From assembly GCF_009914755.1 (NCBI RefSeq), contig NC_060925.1: DNA of 64,000 nucleotides; one strand, 5' to 3'. A program made the position numbers and the translations under genes. Shown here piece after piece: positions 60,268 to 64,000 of the stretch; the stretch's first letter is position 1; every line of letters begins with the position of its first letter. The stretch comes from the human T2T-CHM13v2.0 reference genome, Homo sapiens. Below the pieces are notes generated by a model. The model did not search any database and was not told the origin of the DNA. It saw only the letters and a program-made list of their open reading frames with translations.

Positions 60268-60925
60268 AGTGCAAGCTAAAGCAACCCCGTCTTGGATGCT
60301 AATCCACCAAGTTGATGTGTTTTGTTGGTTTTTTGGTTTTGTTTTGAGACAGAGTCTCACTCTGTCGCCCAGGATAGAGTGCAGTGGTGTGATCTTTGCT
60401 CACTACAACTTCCACCTCCTGGGTTCAAGCGATTCTCCTGCCTTAGCCACCTGAGTAGCTGGGATTACAGGCGTGTGCCACCACGCCCAGCTAGTTTTTG
60501 TATTTTTAGTAGAGATGGTGTTTTGTTGGCCAGGCTGGTCATGAACTTCCGGACTCAAGTGATCCACCTGCCTCAGTCTCCCAAAATGCTGGGATTACAG
60601 GCTGTGAGCTACCACACCCGGCCAACCAAGTTGACTTCTGATTAACCAGCTTTTAGGGAAGGCCTCTAAGATTTCCAGTTTATCTATTGTTCCTTGTGTA
60701 AAAGTATGTACTTACCATAAATCCTGCCCTTAGGCAGATTCACACAGCATTCTTGCCTTTCCCTGGGGGACTGACTTCAAATGTCCGTCACATTCCTTTC
60801 CTATAGCATATAGGCCCTGGGTCTTGGGGGTAATGGCATGGGGATCCACCATCTTGTCTCCCTGCCGCTGAAGCCAGAGACTATGGCTTCTGTTCATAAA
60901 TCCCTTTCTCCTTAAATATGAAGTC
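60268..60925 (+). mobile_element. ERV1-class LTR remnant (subfamily uncertain) interrupted by an antisense Alu (60320-60623)
   Basis: aaagcaaccccgtcttggatgctaatccacc...ttgacttctgattaacc...cttaccataaatcctgcccttagg. Alu TSD accaagttga. Confidence 0.55.
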
Positions 60926-61559
60926 AAAGGTCATGTAGATAGGAGCTGCTGCTGAAGAAGGGATTTTTTGTCTGAAGAGTTCTGTCCCCTGGGCTTACTT
61001 GGCTATGGGGTGGACCCCTGGCCAGGAGACAGCAAACTGTTTCAGTAATGTGCGTGTCGTGCGTGTGTGTGTTCTGTGGTGAGCAGGCCTATGCCATTAA
61101 ACAAACGGTGTGGCTTTGAGCAAGCTGCTATCTTGGGACCTCAGCACACTCATTCATAAATTGTGTCTTTTGGGTGAGATTTGTCTTGGGGTCTTCAAAA
61201 CCCCTGAGACTGTGGACACATACAGCAGCCTAACGGCATTGAGGAGGGCAAGCATTCAACAGTTAGGACAATGTGAACTGTAGCTCAGCTCTGCTAGGTA
61301 CCTTCACAAGACCTCGAATGCTGCCCCTTACTATGCCTCGGTTTTCTTATCTATAAAAACGGCATTTTTATCTTGTTGGTGGAGCTGTTAAATAAATTAA
61401 AAGACGTAAAGGGTCTGGCACCATGGTTGGCAAAAAATATCAGTTTCCCTTCTCGACTTCTCGATTTTGCCCAGGACCAGTGATGTTCACATTCAGGACC
61501 TGCCTGAACCGGCAAGCCCTCCACGTGGGTCCAAAGTGCAAAGGGAAAGTCACTGCTAG

Positions 61560-62144
<585 letters not shown>

Positions 62145-62754
62145 TAAGCCGAGCGGAGGACGGAGCTAAGCGCGGGGGCGGGTCCTCAGCTGGGTGGGGG
62201 CGGGGCTAGGTGTGGAGGCGGGGCTCTGAGCAGATCGAGGGCCGAGGCGAGGGTCCTTAAAGCTCATCTATTTCACCATTACTGATCGGCTGCTATAAAT
62301 AAAGCCAGCACCTCCCATTTGTTTTAATGTTTCCCTTCCTCAAATGAAGACATGTTGCCGATTACAGCTCCTGTCGCAGCACAGCAAAAGGCTTTGTGTA
62401 AATTTTCTAAAATGTACGGACAACTAAATCATAACATTCCTATCCCTTTGAGGTAGTTGCCGTCCCTAATTTATGGAGAAGGAAAGTCCTCAGGTGAAGG
62501 GACTTGCTCGAAGTCACACAGCTAATAAAATGCAGTGCCCTTAACCACTGAGCCAGGCTGCCTCCGCCGTTTAACCAAAGGATTAGTAGTGACAGAGCTG
62601 AAACCGCAGTAAAAACTATGAACGGCGAGAAAAACAGTCCTAACATTTTAGTTACCTGTGTAGAGTTATCCCTGCTGACTGGATACACAAGGGTTCTTAG
62701 GGTTTTTTAATGCTTAAAATAGCACAAGACTTCTCTTTTTGCCCAACCAAAGTC

Positions 62755-62970
62755 TGTATTAGGGTTCTCCAAATGGAATCAATAGGATGTGTCTATATAG
62801 AGGCAGGTTTATTTTGAGGACCTGGCTCCCTATGGGGATTGGCAAAGTCTTAAAAGCCGCAGAGTAGGCGGGCAGGCTGGAGAGCCAGGGAGGAGCCAGC
62901 GGTGCAGTTCAGGTTTGAAGCCTGGCCGCTGGCAGAATTCCATCTTCTTCCAGGGAGGTCACTCTTCTTC
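62755..62970 (-). mobile_element. MLT2-type ERVL LTR fragment in PINK1 intron 1
   Basis: tgtattagggttctcc...aataggatgtgt...gcagaattccatcttc. Confidence 0.6.
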
Positions 62971-63411
62971 CTGGGGGTGTAGAACCACTCACTAAATTAG
63001 CATAGCCCCTGCATTTTACAGGTTAGGGCTGAGGTGGTGGAAGAGGGAGTGACTTGCCCAAGGACACAGCTGTTAGGGCCAAGCAGTGGCTCCTGGGTTT
63101 CCTGGTTTCCATCCCAGTTCTTATTGCTCATCACCACTGTCTCATGTTTGAGCTCTGGCCAGTTTGGGGTGACAGGTGACATCTGGCCTAGTCCCCAGCC
63201 CCTGACCTTGTCTTTTGCCACAGCTTAACTGGCAGAAGCTAAGGATGGGAAATTTGACTAATCCTGCTTAAAACTAAAGAGGCTTTTTTAACTGAGGAGA
63301 TTGATCCTCCTAAACTTACCATTCACACACACCTTCTTCGCACACTTCACCCTCCTATGCCTGAAAATGTTATTAGTTATCAATTAATTTCACATTAAAA
63401 AAATTTTTTTT

Positions 63412-64000
<589 letters not shown>

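Overview
Human genomic DNA, recognisable as 1p36.12. The window holds the complete cytidine deaminase gene CDA on the + strand: four coding exons at 16080-16233, 31915-32026, 40861-40918 and 45471-45587, giving 441 nt / 146 aa with GT-AG introns. About 16 kb downstream, on the same strand, are the CpG-island promoter and first coding exon of PINK1 (61740-62126), which overlaps the annotated MIR6084. The rest is very Alu-dense, with L1, L2 and MIR remnants, hAT MITEs and many solo LTRs (LTR7C, THE1, MST/MLT, LTR8, MER4 group). Almost all entries in the ORF track are Alu or low-complexity artefacts. I see no new protein-coding system. The most notable observations are: (1) a CDA pharmacogenetic haplotype carrying Gln27 and the 5'UTR delC; (2) a complex, near-perfect 226-bp templated duplication inside a split Alu in CDA intron 2; (3) two young Alus stacked at one target site next to a closely inverted AluY, in an interval that appears about 1.2 kb longer than my recollection of the reference; (4) strong-Kozak overlapping upstream ORFs at both CDA and PINK1; (5) sense-strand intronic LTRs with disrupted poly(A) modules; (6) a perfect MARE and a palindrome upstream of PINK1. 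Repeat subfamily names, rsIDs and reference coordinates come from memory and need confirmation.
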